A DNA stretch of 64,000 bases. Source: Candidatus Eiseniibacteriota bacterium. GTDB taxonomy: Bacteria > Eisenbacteria > RBG-16-71-46. The notes under the pieces were generated by a model. That model saw only the letters and a program-made list of their open reading frames with translations, was not told the DNA's origin and searched no databases. Shown here piece after piece: positions 1 to 10,093 of the stretch (position 1 is the first letter of the stretch; each line of letters starts with the position of its first letter). Location: the NCBI GenBank assembly GCA_033853925.1, contig JAWOLC010000016.1, positions 16,670 through 80,669 of the forward strand, read 5' to 3'. The translations under genes were made by a program, and so were the position numbers.

Positions 1-1
1 G

Positions 2-787
2 GCACTGGCGGGCATCGACGCGCAGGCGGTCGCCGAGCGGCTCGACGAAGGTGACGCTCTCGACCACAGCCGCCTCGCCGGCTTCGTCGTGGCGCTCGGG
101 GCGCCGGCGGTCGGCTTCTGCGTGGACATCATGTCGCGGGCCGACAAGGCGCGGGCGCGGGCGGCCACCGTGACGGCGCTCTGCTACCTGTGCCCCGAGC
201 AACCCGAGATGCTGGCCCCCTGGCTCGCCGACCCCCGCTGGCAGGTCGTGCGCAACGTGATCTTCGTGCTCGGCCTCATCGGCGGACCGGCCGTGGTCCC
301 GCTCCTGCGCACCGTCTCCCGCCACCCCGAGCCGCGCGTCCGCCGCCAGCTCGTGCAGACGCTCGGCGCCGTGCCGCCGGAGGAGCGCACGCCCCTGCTG
401 ATCGAGCAGCTCGACTCCCGCGACTCGCAGCATCTCGCGTCCACGCTCAACATGCTGACCCGCGACAAGGCGCCGGAGGTGGCGCGCGCCATCCTGGACT
501 GCATCGAGTCGCCCGACTTCGAGTCCCGCGACGAGGCCAGCCAGCGCGCCCTCTTCGCGGCCCTGGGGGATGTGGCGGGCGACCGGGAAGTGCCCGCCCT
601 GGAGACGCTCCTCCACAAGGGGAACTGGTTCGCGCGCCGCACCTTCCAGCGGGTGGCGACGGCTCGCGCCCTGCGCCGCATCGGCACCCCTTCCGCCATG
701 GCCGTGCTCGAGGCCGGCGTGCGGGCGCGCAGCGAGGCGGTCCGCTCGGCCTGCCTCGAGGCCCTGGCCCTCCGGAACAAGCCATGA
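2..787 (+). CDS. HEAT-repeat protein (5' partial, runs off window start)
   Basis: Frame is open from position 2. HEAT/armadillo-like helical repeats (WQVVRNVIFVLG, EPRVRRQLVQTLG, RVATARALRRIG). ATGA overlap with next gene. Confidence 0.8.
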   Translation, partial: ALAGIDAQAVAERLDEGDALDHSRLAGFVVALGAPAVGFCVDIMSRADKARARAATVTALCYLCPEQPEMLAPWLADPRWQVVRNVIFVLGLIGGPAVVPLLRTVSRHPEPRVRRQLVQTLGAVPPEERTPLLIEQLDSRDSQHLASTLNMLTRDKAPEVARAILDCIESPDFESRDEASQRALFAALGDVAGDREVPALETLLHKGNWFARRTFQRVATARALRRIGTPSAMAVLEAGVRARSEAVRSACLEALALRNKP

Positions 788-2349
788 GCGAGGCCCCGCG
801 CCCCTCGGTCCGGCCCGGCGACGAGCGCCTGCGCGAGCACGGCCTGCAGATCATCATGCGTTTCCTGGCGCTCATCCGCGTCGGGCGCTCCTACCAGGTG
901 GACAACCAGGTGTTCCGCCAGCAGCTCCTCGCGTTCATCGAGGCCATGCGGCCGGTGTTCATGGAGGTGCCCGAAGCGATCCTGGTCTCGTTGGACAACG
1001 ACCTCTACCTGAACGGCGTCCGGCTCCCGGTCAAGGTGACGAACCTGCGCTTCCATCAGGCGCTCATGGAGGAGTTCGGGCGGCGGCGGGTGGCCGGCGT
1101 GCGCATGCTGGACGGCATCACGCCCGCGGAGCTGGAGCGCTTCTTCCGCTACTTCCTCCAGCCCGATGTCTACCATGGGCCCGCCCTCCTCGAGGCCTGC
1201 GTCGCCGAAGGAACCACCCGGATCCTGCCGGCGGTGAACGCCTCGACCGAGGAGGGCGACTCGGCCAATCCGTTCGATCCGCGCAGCTACGACTCCTGGA
1301 CGGAGGAGGCCCCGACGGCGGGCTTCGGCGAGCCCGAGGGAGGCGGCAGCGCCCCCGCCGACGCCCCGGCGCCCTACGGGGTGGCCAGCATCCGGCCCGC
1401 CGCGCGCAAGAGCTACTCCCTGGCCATGCTGGGCGCCTGCTCGCTGATCACCACGACCGCCCTGCAGGAGGGCGTCGAGATGCGGCGCGCCAAGCGGGTC
1501 GTCCAGCCCCTGATCGACGGCGCCTTCGCGAACGAGCCGGTCGTGGTGGGGCTGTCGAGCCTCAGCCACCACGACGAGTACACCTATGCCCATTCGGTCA
1601 ACGTCTGCATCGTGGCCGTGACCATGGGCCACATCCTGGGCCTCGACCGGCGGGCGCTCGCCGATCTGGGCGTCGCCGCCCTGCTCCACGACGTGGGCAA
1701 GGCCGCGGTCTACGACCGCATCCGTCATCCCCTCGAGGAGTTCGACCCCGAGGAGCGACGGCTGGCGGAGAGCCACCCGCTCGAGGGCGCCAAGCTCCTC
1801 GCCCGCTCGACCACCCTGAATCCCTCCACCCTGCGGTGCATGCACGTGGCCCTCGAGCACCACGCGGGGTTCCGCCCGCCGGCGGCGCCCGTGACCCGGG
1901 CGGCCGGCGAGAGCGCGGGCTATCCCGACCTGCCCGCGGGCTGGCCTCTGAGCCGGCTCTCCGAGATCGTCGCCGCGGCCGACTGCTACGTGAGCCTGCA
2001 GATGCACCGCAGCGAGCGGGGCAAGTCCGTCACGCCCTACCAGGCGCTGGGCGCGATGCTCGGGCCCTACGCCAGCCGCTTCGACCCCGCCATCCTCTGG
2101 TCCCTGGTCCACTCCGTGGGCTTCTACCCGCCCGGCCAGCTCGTGGAGCTGAGCAGCGGCGTGACCGCCGTGGTGCTGGCGCCCAACAAGGAGGACCTGT
2201 CCCGGCCGCACGTCCGCGTCATCATGGACGAGTGCGGGGTGCCCTTCTCGCCCGTCGAGGCCAAGGAGCTGCGACCCATCCCGCCGACGCTGAGCGTGCG
2301 GCGGCCGCTCGAGGCGCACGAGTACCCGGCGGTGCCGCTGGCGGGATGA
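784..2349 (+). CDS. HD-GYP domain protein (possible c-di-GMP phosphodiesterase/binder)
   Basis: DEYTYAHSVNV, ALLHDVGK, ALEHH, AGYP and IVAAADCY motifs. ATG at 784 overlaps the upstream TGA. Confidence 0.85.
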   Translation: MSEAPRPSVRPGDERLREHGLQIIMRFLALIRVGRSYQVDNQVFRQQLLAFIEAMRPVFMEVPEAILVSLDNDLYLNGVRLPVKVTNLRFHQALMEEFGRRRVAGVRMLDGITPAELERFFRYFLQPDVYHGPALLEACVAEGTTRILPAVNASTEEGDSANPFDPRSYDSWTEEAPTAGFGEPEGGGSAPADAPAPYGVASIRPAARKSYSLAMLGACSLITTTALQEGVEMRRAKRVVQPLIDGAFANEPVVVGLSSLSHHDEYTYAHSVNVCIVAVTMGHILGLDRRALADLGVAALLHDVGKAAVYDRIRHPLEEFDPEERRLAESHPLEGAKLLARSTTLNPSTLRCMHVALEHHAGFRPPAAPVTRAAGESAGYPDLPAGWPLSRLSEIVAAADCYVSLQMHRSERGKSVTPYQALGAMLGPYASRFDPAILWSLVHSVGFYPPGQLVELSSGVTAVVLAPNKEDLSRPHVRVIMDECGVPFSPVEAKELRPIPPTLSVRRPLEAHEYPAVPLAG

Positions 2350-2356
2350 AGGGTGC

Positions 2357-3928
2357 TCAGGCCGCCCGGGACTGGGCCTGAGGCTGCTCCGCAGCGTCCG
2401 CGGCCTGCACGGGCAGGCGCACCCAGAAGGTGCTCCCCTCGCCCATGCGGCTGTCCACGCCGACGCGGCCGCCGTGAAGCTCGGTGAGGCGCTTGACCAG
2501 GTGGAGCCCGATGCCGAGGCCGCGCCGCTCGCCCCGCTCGCGTACGCCCTGGCCGAACAGCTCGAAGATGTGCGGCGCGTCCTCCGGCGCCACCCCGGGA
2601 CCCTGATCGGTCACGCGGACGCGGAGGAAGTCCCCATCGCGCTCGGTCGCCACCAGCACCCGGCCGCCCAGGGGGCTGAACTTGATGGCGTTGGTGAGCA
2701 GGTTGACCAGCACCTGGCGCATCTTCACCTCGTCCAGCTCGACGGGCGGCAGGCTGGCGGCCAGGCACTCGACCAGCTCGATGCCCTGCTTGGCCGCCAG
2801 GGCGCGCGTGGTCTCGACGGCCGCGTGCGCCACCTCGCTCAGCGACAGCGAGACGCAGCGCAGGGTGAGCTTGCCGCTCTCGATCCGGCTCAGGTCGAGA
2901 ATGTCCTCGATCAGGCCCAGCAGGCGCTCCGCCTCGGCCCGCAACCGTCCCAGGAACTCGCGGCGCTGCTCGCCCGAGAGGCGGTCGTCGTTGTCGCAGA
3001 GCAGCTCGCCATAGCCGATGACCGAGGTGAGCGGGGTCTTGAGCTCGTGGCTGGCCGTGGACAGGAACACGTCCTTCAGGCGGTTCACCTCGTTCAGCTT
3101 CAGGTTCACCGCCTCCAGCTCCCGGGCGCGGGCGCCCAGCCGGTCCATCACCTCGGCCCGCTCCACCACCGCCGCCACGTGCTCCGCGAAGAGCTGGAGC
3201 ATGTCGCAGTGATGGTCCTGGAAGACCTCGGGGTGGTTGATGCGGTTGACGTTGAGCACGCCGACGCAGCGCGAGCCCACCTTGAGCGGCAGGGACAGGG
3301 CCGAAGTGATGTTGCGGTCGCGCTTGAGGTGGGCGTAGAAGGCGCCGGAGGAGGAGTCCAGGAGGACCGCCTCGCCGCGCTCGGCCACCCAGCCGGCGAT
3401 CCCCTCGCCCAGCCGCTGGCTGGCATTCCGGGCGAATTCGGACTCGAGGCCGTAGGAGGCGCGTGTCTGCAGCAGGTTGACCTCGGGGTTGTACAGCATG
3501 ATCGAGGCCTGCTGGGCCTTCAGCGTGGCGACCACCCGGCGCACGATGATCTCGAGGATGTCGTCGAGGCGGAGCTGCAGGTTCAGCGTGGCCGAGAGCT
3601 GGAACAGCGACGACAGCTCCGAGAGCCGGGTGCGCACGTCCTCCTTCTCCCGCTCCTCCTGCTCGAGCCGCTGGCGCATGCGATTCAGCTCCCGCTGCTT
3701 CAGCGTCGTGTGGAGGCAGAAGACGAGGACGAGGCCGCAGAGCCCCACCAGTGCGACATACTCCCGCTGCGAGACGGGGCTCCCGTCGTCGTTGGAGAAG
3801 CGCATCAGCGGCAGGTAGAGAAGGGGAACGGCGGCGGCCAGCGCGATGACCAGGGTCAGGGTCAGCGCCCAGAGGAGCCAGGTGCGGCGGTTGAGCTTCT
3901 CCCGCATGGATGGGGCTTCCGGCTTCAT
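2357..3928 (-). CDS. Membrane sensor histidine kinase with GAF domain
   Basis: Two N-terminal TM segments, GAF region, H-box SHELKTPLTSVIG, N-box NLLTNAIKF, G-boxes DQGPGV and GLGIGL. GGAG precedes ATG 3928. Confidence 0.92.
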   Translation of the reverse strand: MKPEAPSMREKLNRRTWLLWALTLTLVIALAAAVPLLYLPLMRFSNDDGSPVSQREYVALVGLCGLVLVFCLHTTLKQRELNRMRQRLEQEEREKEDVRTRLSELSSLFQLSATLNLQLRLDDILEIIVRRVVATLKAQQASIMLYNPEVNLLQTRASYGLESEFARNASQRLGEGIAGWVAERGEAVLLDSSSGAFYAHLKRDRNITSALSLPLKVGSRCVGVLNVNRINHPEVFQDHHCDMLQLFAEHVAAVVERAEVMDRLGARARELEAVNLKLNEVNRLKDVFLSTASHELKTPLTSVIGYGELLCDNDDRLSGEQRREFLGRLRAEAERLLGLIEDILDLSRIESGKLTLRCVSLSLSEVAHAAVETTRALAAKQGIELVECLAASLPPVELDEVKMRQVLVNLLTNAIKFSPLGGRVLVATERDGDFLRVRVTDQGPGVAPEDAPHIFELFGQGVRERGERRGLGIGLHLVKRLTELHGGRVGVDSRMGEGSTFWVRLPVQAADAAEQPQAQSRAA

Positions 3929-4128
3929 GGACTGCACTCCCTGCCGAGGGGCGCGGCCGGGGCGGACTCGTTCCGACTGATTATCGGCAGGCCCGGCGCG
4001 AGAATGAATTGGGATCGCGACCGGCCCCCGCTATCTTGGCGACCGGTCCGGCGGCTCCCGGTGGGCGGATGCCCCGCCCCCGGAGCGCCGGTTCGGGCCC
4101 GGGCAACCCGTCTCGAGGAGGAAGCGCC

Positions 4129-5133
4129 ATGGCATCGGGCAGGGTGGTGACGGAGCGAGTGACGAGCGCCGCGCTCGAGGGCAACGCGGCCCGAGATCCG
4201 AGCGTCAGGCGGGTGCCCGTGTACCTGCCGCCCTCCTACGACGAGTCTCCGGGGTCGCGCTATCCCGTGGTCTTCGTGCTGGCGGGGTTCACGGGGCGGG
4301 GGCGCATGCTCCTGAACGACGGCCCCTGGTCGCCGGGCCTGGACGAGCGGATGGACGCCCTCGTCGCCTCCGGCTGCGGGGAGATGATCCTCGTGCTGCC
4401 CGACTGCTTCACCCGCTTCGGCGGCTCGCAGTACCTGGACTCCAGCGCCACGGGCCGCTACGAGACCCACTTGATCGAGGAGCTGGTCCCCTGGGTCGAC
4501 GAGCGCTTCCGCACCTTCGCCGATCGCGACCATCGAAGCGTGGCGGGGAAGTCCTCCGGCGGCTACGGCGCGCTCACTCTGGGGATGAAGCATCCGGACG
4601 TCTTCGCCGCCGTGGCCTGCCACAGCGGCGACCTGTACTTCGACTACTGCTACCGCGGCGACGTGCCCAAGTTCTGCACCCAGATCCAGCTCGCCGGCGG
4701 CGTCGAGGCCTGGCTCGAGCGCTTCGCGGCCAAGAAGCAGAAGAGCCACGACGACCTGCTGACCCTCAACATCCTGGGCATGGCCGCCGCGTATTCGCCG
4801 AACCCCGCCTCGCCGCCGTTCGGCATCGACCTGCCCTGCGACCTCGTGACCGGCGGGTTCCGCGAGGATGTCTGGCGGCGCTGGCTCGAGCAGGACCCGC
4901 TCACGATGCTGGAGTCGCGCGCCGAGGCGCTGCGCTCCCTGCGGCTCCTCTACCTCGACTGCGGCACCCGGGACGAGTTCAACCTCCACCACGGCGCGAG
5001 GCTCTTCAGCCGGCGGCTCGCGGAGCTGGGCATCCGCCACGAGTACGAGGAGTTCGACGACGGGCACATGAACGTCTCCTACCGCTACGACACGAGCCTG
5101 CCCAAGCTGGCGAAGGCACTGGCCTCCGCGTAG
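4129..5133 (+). CDS. Putative esterase, alpha/beta hydrolase (Fes/enterochelin-esterase-like)
   Basis: VYLPPSY, nucleophile elbow GKSSGG, LDCGTRDE, C-terminal DDGH. GAGGAGG RBS. Confidence 0.85.
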   Translation: MASGRVVTERVTSAALEGNAARDPSVRRVPVYLPPSYDESPGSRYPVVFVLAGFTGRGRMLLNDGPWSPGLDERMDALVASGCGEMILVLPDCFTRFGGSQYLDSSATGRYETHLIEELVPWVDERFRTFADRDHRSVAGKSSGGYGALTLGMKHPDVFAAVACHSGDLYFDYCYRGDVPKFCTQIQLAGGVEAWLERFAAKKQKSHDDLLTLNILGMAAAYSPNPASPPFGIDLPCDLVTGGFREDVWRRWLEQDPLTMLESRAEALRSLRLLYLDCGTRDEFNLHHGARLFSRRLAELGIRHEYEEFDDGHMNVSYRYDTSLPKLAKALASA

Positions 5134-5192
5134 TCGCGGCGGACCGCGCCGGACGAGGCGCGGCCGTTTGCGCCGCGGCCGCCTCCGGAGCC

Positions 5193-6581
5193 ATGCTCCC
5201 GCGCTCCATGACCCCAGCCGTCTTCGCGCCCGCTCGCCACGCCGATCCCGCCCCGTCCGCCGCCGAGCGCCGCCGCAGCTTCCACCTCGGTGTCTGGAAC
5301 GGAGCCCTGTACCAATGGGGCGAGGGCTTCGTGGACGCGAACACTGTCCTCCCCGTGTTCCTGGCGAAGCTCACGACCTCGAACGCCCTGATCGGCTTCG
5401 GCGCGGCCCTGCTGGACATCGGCTGGTTCCTTCCCCAGTTCGCCACGGTCCCGTTCCTCTCCCGCTGGCCGCGCTCGCTCCCGCTCTATCGCTTCGCCGC
5501 GGTGCTCCGCGGCCTGGCCTTCGCCCTGCTGGCCGCGCTCATCGTGCCGCTCGCGCCGTACCCCGTCGCCCTGCTCGCCACCTTCCTCGCCTGCTACGGC
5601 ACGTACGCCTTCAGCGGCGGGCTGGCCGCCGTTTCGTTCATGGAGGTGGTGGGGAAGACCGTGCCCCCCGAGCGGCTCGGGGCCTACTGGTCGCTGCGGC
5701 TCTTCTGGGGCGGGCTGCTCGTCGCCGGGGCGGGGCTGTTCGTGCGCCAGCTCCTGCACGGCGGCGCCACGCCGCCTCGCTTCGCCCTGCTCTTCGGCCT
5801 GGCCTGCGTGATGGTCTCACTGGGCTACGGCCTGTTCTCCCTGATCCGCGAGCCCGCCAGCCTGCCGCGGCCCGAGGCGGCGGGCCCCCTGGGGATGCTC
5901 CGCCAGGGCGCGGGGATGCTCGCACACGACGCCCATTTCCGGCGCCTGCTCATCGCGCGCGGCACGCTCTCGGTGTGGTTCGCCTCGGCACCGTTCATCG
6001 TGCTCTTCGCCGTGCGCGACCTCCACGGCGGGGCACGCGCCGCCGGCACCTTCCTCCTGGCGCGCATGGCCGGCTTCGTGCTCTCGAACCTGCTCTGGCA
6101 CCGGGTCTCCAGCCGCCACGGCGACCGCGTGCTCATGCGGATCGGCGCGGCGGCGTGCAGCGCCCTGCCCCTGGCTGCGGCGGGGATCGCCCTCGCCTCG
6201 CCCTGGAAGCTGGGCTGGCTCCCGGCGGGCGCGGCGGTGAGCGCTCTGGAAGCCGTGGTCTGCCTGGGCGGGGCGGGACAGAGCGCCATGACCGTGGGCT
6301 ACTCGAGCCTGATGCTCCTGCTCGCCCCGCCCGGCCGGCGCCAGGCGTTCATCGGGCTCATCAACACCTTCCTCGGGCCCATCATGATGCTCCCCATGTT
6401 GGGCGGAGCGCTCGTGGACTGGCTGAACGCGCCCGTGCTCTTCCTGCTCTGCGCCGCGGTGGGGCTGGTGGGCGTGCGGGCGGCGGTGAAGCTGCGGGAC
6501 TCGCGCGGCCTGCCGCCCGCGGCGCGCGCGCCGAGCGAGGCGGCCTGGCCCGACGTGGATCAGCCGGGGGGTCACGGCTGA
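5193..6581 (+). CDS. MFS transporter
   Basis: About 12 hydrophobic segments in a 462-aa ORF with MFS-like spacing. Start could be 5208. Confidence 0.8.
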   Translation: MLPRSMTPAVFAPARHADPAPSAAERRRSFHLGVWNGALYQWGEGFVDANTVLPVFLAKLTTSNALIGFGAALLDIGWFLPQFATVPFLSRWPRSLPLYRFAAVLRGLAFALLAALIVPLAPYPVALLATFLACYGTYAFSGGLAAVSFMEVVGKTVPPERLGAYWSLRLFWGGLLVAGAGLFVRQLLHGGATPPRFALLFGLACVMVSLGYGLFSLIREPASLPRPEAAGPLGMLRQGAGMLAHDAHFRRLLIARGTLSVWFASAPFIVLFAVRDLHGGARAAGTFLLARMAGFVLSNLLWHRVSSRHGDRVLMRIGAAACSALPLAAAGIALASPWKLGWLPAGAAVSALEAVVCLGGAGQSAMTVGYSSLMLLLAPPGRRQAFIGLINTFLGPIMMLPMLGGALVDWLNAPVLFLLCAAVGLVGVRAAVKLRDSRGLPPAARAPSEAAWPDVDQPGGHG

Positions 6582-6689
6582 TCGGCGGGCCTCCGCGTCT
6601 CCGCTCCGGGTGCTCGCCACCGAGCGGCCAGATCACTTGTCGAGATCGAACGGCCATTTCACCTGCTGACGACACTGGACCCGCGCGGC

Positions 6690-6719
6690 TTCACAGCAGG
6701 AGCGGGCGGCCGCTATACT
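6690..6719 (+). promoter_or_regulatory. Sigma70-type promoter
   Basis: TTCACA (6690-6695), 18-nt spacer, TATACT (6714-6719), 45 nt upstream of ATG 6764. Confidence 0.55.
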
Positions 6720-6763
6720 CCCGCCTCCGCACGGACCCGGATCCCACCACGAGCGCGACGACC

Positions 6764-6946
6764 ATGATCCGAGAGATCTCCCAGGACACGCTGGCCGCCA
6801 CCGGCAAGACGGAGCGCACGCGCATCTCCTGCCCCGGCTGCGGCCGAAACGACTACGTCCAGTGGCCGGCTTCCGAGGAGACGTTCCACTGGAAGTGCTT
6901 CAACTGCCACGGAGAATTCGACCTCCATCGCCAGGCGGCTCACTGA
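6764..6946 (+). CDS. 60-aa zinc-ribbon microprotein
   Basis: MIREISQDTLAATGKTERTRISCPGCGRNDYVQWPASEETFHWKCFNCHGEFDLHRQAAH. Two CxxC pairs, host-like codon usage, own promoter. It is the tail of the 5168..6946 shadow ORF. Confidence 0.7.
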   Translation: MIREISQDTLAATGKTERTRISCPGCGRNDYVQWPASEETFHWKCFNCHGEFDLHRQAAH

Positions 6947-7037
6947 GCCAGGCGCCGCCCGGCTCGGGAGCGCCTTCCCCCGCCGGGGCCCGGGCGCCCG
7001 ACGCGGTCCGCCACCCGCTGCGGCAGAGCGTCGGGGC

Positions 7038-7733
7038 ATGAACCTCATGGACCGCGACTCCCCCGCCACGCCCGCCTCCCTCAGGGTCAGCGAGGTCTTT
7101 CTCTCCCTCCAGGGAGAAGGTCCCTCCGCCGGCGTGCCCGCCCACTTCGTCCGGGTGCAGGGCTGCAGCGTGGGCTGCGGCTGGTGCGACACGAAGTACT
7201 CGTGGGAGGCGCGCGGGGGGCGCGACAGCGGCATCGAGGCCCTGCTCGAGGAGGCGAGGGCGCTGGGGGAGGCGCCGTTGCTGGTCGTGACCGGGGGCGA
7301 GCCGCTCGAGGCCCCGGCGCTTCCGGAGCTGCTCGAGCGGGCGCTGGCGCGCTGGGAGCGGGTCGAGGTCGAGACGAGCGGGGTGCAGCCGCCCCCGCTC
7401 TCGCGCGAGCGCTTGTTCTGGAACGTGTCGCCCAAGCTGCCGCGGGCCACGCCGCGCTGGGCCGAGACCTGGCGCCATGTGGCCGCGTGGCGGGCCGAGC
7501 CCCGCGCCACCTTCAAGATCGTGGTCGGGGCGCCCCCCGACGAGGCGGACGCCCTCCGGCTGATCGCGGCCCACGACCTGCCTCCCGCGCGCGTGATGCT
7601 GATGCCCGAGGGCGTGACCGACTCCGCCGTGCGCGAGCGCGCGCGCTCTCTCGCCGAGGTCTGCAAGCGCCATGGCTTCCGTCTCTCGCCGCGTCTCCAC
7701 GTCTGGCTGTGGGGCGCGAGGCGCGGCGTCTGA
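7038..7733 (+). CDS. queE: 7-carboxy-7-deazaguanine synthase (radical SAM)
   Basis: [11 protein letters not shown], CxxxCxxC ([10 protein letters not shown]), VTGGEP, VETSG, SPRLH. Adjacent to queC/queD. Confidence 0.95.
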   Translation: MNLMDRDSPATPASLRVSEVFLSLQGEGPSAGVPAHFVRVQGCSVGCGWCDTKYSWEARGGRDSGIEALLEEARALGEAPLLVVTGGEPLEAPALPELLERALARWERVEVETSGVQPPPLSRERLFWNVSPKLPRATPRWAETWRHVAAWRAEPRATFKIVVGAPPDEADALRLIAAHDLPPARVMLMPEGVTDSAVRERARSLAEVCKRHGFRLSPRLHVWLWGARRGV

Positions 7734-8476
7734 TGGCTGCGGCCCCGCAGGCTCCCGCGGGCCGGCGCGCCGTGGTGCTGCTCTCGGGCGGCCTGGATTC
7801 GACCACCTGCCTCGCCTGGGCGCAGGCCCGGGGCTTCGTGTGCTGGACGCTCGCCGTGGACTACGGCCAGCGCCATCGCCTGGAGCTGGAGGCGGCGCGG
7901 CGCGTGGCCCACGCCCTGCAGGCCGCGGATCACCGCGAGGTCCGCATGGACCTGCGGGCCATCGGCGGCTCGGCGCTCACGGCCGCGATCCCCGTGCCCC
8001 GCGATCGCGACCCCCAGGCGATGGGCGCGGACATCCCCGTCACCTACGTACCGGCGCGCAACCTGGTGCTCTTGGGGCTCGGGCTCGGTCTGGCCGAGAC
8101 GATCGGCGCCCAGGATCTCGTGGCGGGGATGAACGCGCTCGACTACTCGGGCTACCCCGACTGCCGCCCCGAGTTCGTGAGGGCCTTCGAACGGCTGGCG
8201 AGGCTGGGCACGCGCGCCGGGCAGGAGGGGGCCGCCTTCACCGTGCACACGCCCCTCATGAGCCTCGACAAGGCGGGCATCATCCGCCTCGGCCTCTCGC
8301 TCGGCGTGGACTACTCGCTCACGCATTCGTGCTACGATCCCGCGCCCGACGGAGCGGCTTGCGGGCGCTGCGATGCCTGCGGGCTGCGCCTCAAGGGGTT
8401 CCGCGAGGCCGGCGTGCCCGATCCGGTGCGCTACGCGGCCGGCGCCCCCGATGTCACGGGCCGGGCTCGGAGCTGA
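7733..8476 (+). CDS. queC: 7-cyano-7-deazaguanine synthase
   Basis: [31 protein letters not shown]...CGRCDAC zinc site. Confidence 0.97.
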   Translation: MAAAPQAPAGRRAVVLLSGGLDSTTCLAWAQARGFVCWTLAVDYGQRHRLELEAARRVAHALQAADHREVRMDLRAIGGSALTAAIPVPRDRDPQAMGADIPVTYVPARNLVLLGLGLGLAETIGAQDLVAGMNALDYSGYPDCRPEFVRAFERLARLGTRAGQEGAAFTVHTPLMSLDKAGIIRLGLSLGVDYSLTHSCYDPAPDGAACGRCDACGLRLKGFREAGVPDPVRYAAGAPDVTGRARS

Positions 8477-8478
8477 CG

Positions 8479-8841
8479 ATGCGCGTGGAGCTGACCAAGG
8501 AATTCCACTTCGAGGCGGCCCATCGCCTCCCGCTCGTTCCGTCCGAGCACCCCTGCCACCGCCTGCACGGCCACTCGTTCCGCATCGAGATCACCGTGGC
8601 GGGCGAGGTGGACGAGAGCACCGGCTGGCTCGTGGACTACGCCGAGGTGAGCGCCGCCGTCGGTCCCCTCGTGCGCGAGCTGGATCACCGCACCCTGAAC
8701 GACGTTGCGGGACTGGAGAACGCCACCTCCGAGGTCCTCTGCGGCTGGCTCTGGCGCCGGCTGTCGCCACGGCTGCCCGGGCTCGCGGCCATCACCGTGC
8801 ACGAGACCTGCACGGCTCGCTGCACGTACCGAGGCGCGTAA
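8479..8841 (+). CDS. queD: 6-carboxy-5,6,7,8-tetrahydropterin synthase
   Basis: FEAAHRL, CHRLHGHS, LDHRTLN, ENATSE, ETCT. Confidence 0.97.
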   Translation: MRVELTKEFHFEAAHRLPLVPSEHPCHRLHGHSFRIEITVAGEVDESTGWLVDYAEVSAAVGPLVRELDHRTLNDVAGLENATSEVLCGWLWRRLSPRLPGLAAITVHETCTARCTYRGA

Positions 8842-9028
8842 GCTCCCACTGGCCCGCGCGCAGCCCCCGGCGGAGCGGCCTCGAGCGTCCGCCCTTGTCC
8901 AGCGCTGGGCACCCGCGGCTCCAGCGTCCTCATCGAATTCGAAGGCCGTCGTGCGCGGCGGCGAAGCCCCAGCGCCCGCGCGATCCATCGGCCGGGCCGG
9001 CGATTCCCCGGGCAGAGGAGGAGACGAC

Positions 9029-9991
9029 ATGCGGGTCAGGGTCTTCGTCATAGGAGCGAACGGGTATCTGGGCAGCGCGATCGCCAGGCGGCTCGCGAAG
9101 ACCGGGAACGTGGTCGCGGGCCTGGTGCGCGATCCGGCGCGCGCTGAGGCGCTCGGCGCCGCGGGCGTCAACCTGGTCCGCGGGGACATCGCCGATCCCG
9201 ATAGCTACGCCCCGGCGCTGCACTCGGCGGACGTCGTCGTCCAGGTCGCGACCGGGAGCGACGCGGAGAAGCTCGACCGGCAGGTGCTGGAGGCGCTCGA
9301 CGCGGTCGCCCGCGCCCCCTCCGAGGGCAAGGCGGGCCATCTGCGGCGCGTCCTCTACACGAGCGGCGTGTGGAACTACGGGGACACCGGCGAGAAGGTG
9401 ATCGACGAGCACTCCTCGCAGAATCCGCTGGCGATCTGCAAGTGGCGCCCCGAGCACGAGGTCATGGCCCTGGACCTCGTCCGTCATCGAGTCGAGGTGG
9501 TGGTCTTCCAGCCGGGGGACGTCTACGGCGAGTCCCGCGGCATCCTGGGCTCGTTCTTCGCCATGGCCCGCGACCGGCACGAGGTGCGCTGGCCGGGCGA
9601 CGGCAGGCAGCACTGGCCGCTGGTCCACCGCGACGACGCGGCCGAGGCCTACCGGCTGGCCGCGGAGCGACCGCTGCCGCGGACGAGCGGGCGGCCCGGG
9701 CAGCGCGAGGCGCGCGGCCACCGCTACGTGCTCACGGACGGGAGCGATCTCACCGCCCGGCAGATCATCGAGGCCATCGCCAAGGCCACGGGCGTGCCGG
9801 CCCGGGAGTGGCCGCGGGACCAGGTGCTGGCCGAGCTGGGCGAGTACGGGGCCGCGCTCATGGCCGGGCAGCGCTGCGTGGCGACGCGGGCCCGGCGCGA
9901 GCTGGGCTGGACGCCGAAGCGCACCTCGTTCGTCGCGGAGGTGGAAGCCATCCATCACGAGTGGCTGAGCGGGCAGGGCGTGGGGGTCTAG
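9029..9991 (+). CDS. NAD-dependent epimerase/dehydratase (extended SDR)
   Basis: VIGANGYLG Rossmann motif, YTSGVWNYG, PGDVYG, VHRDDAAEAY. GAGGAGGAG RBS. Confidence 0.88.
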   Translation: MRVRVFVIGANGYLGSAIARRLAKTGNVVAGLVRDPARAEALGAAGVNLVRGDIADPDSYAPALHSADVVVQVATGSDAEKLDRQVLEALDAVARAPSEGKAGHLRRVLYTSGVWNYGDTGEKVIDEHSSQNPLAICKWRPEHEVMALDLVRHRVEVVVFQPGDVYGESRGILGSFFAMARDRHEVRWPGDGRQHWPLVHRDDAAEAYRLAAERPLPRTSGRPGQREARGHRYVLTDGSDLTARQIIEAIAKATGVPAREWPRDQVLAELGEYGAALMAGQRCVATRARRELGWTPKRTSFVAEVEAIHHEWLSGQGVGV

Positions 9992-10093
9992 CGGGGGCGC
10001 CGGCGAGGTGAGCCGCGGCGGGCGCGGCCGGAAGCGGCGAGGCGAGGCCCGGCGCTGGATCGCGGGGCGCACGAGCAGGTAGAGTCACGCGCC

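Noticed and set aside
6947-7037. preQ1 riboswitch upstream of queE
   Set aside because: The leader is extremely GC-rich with no A-rich 3' tail or recognisable preQ1 aptamer core.
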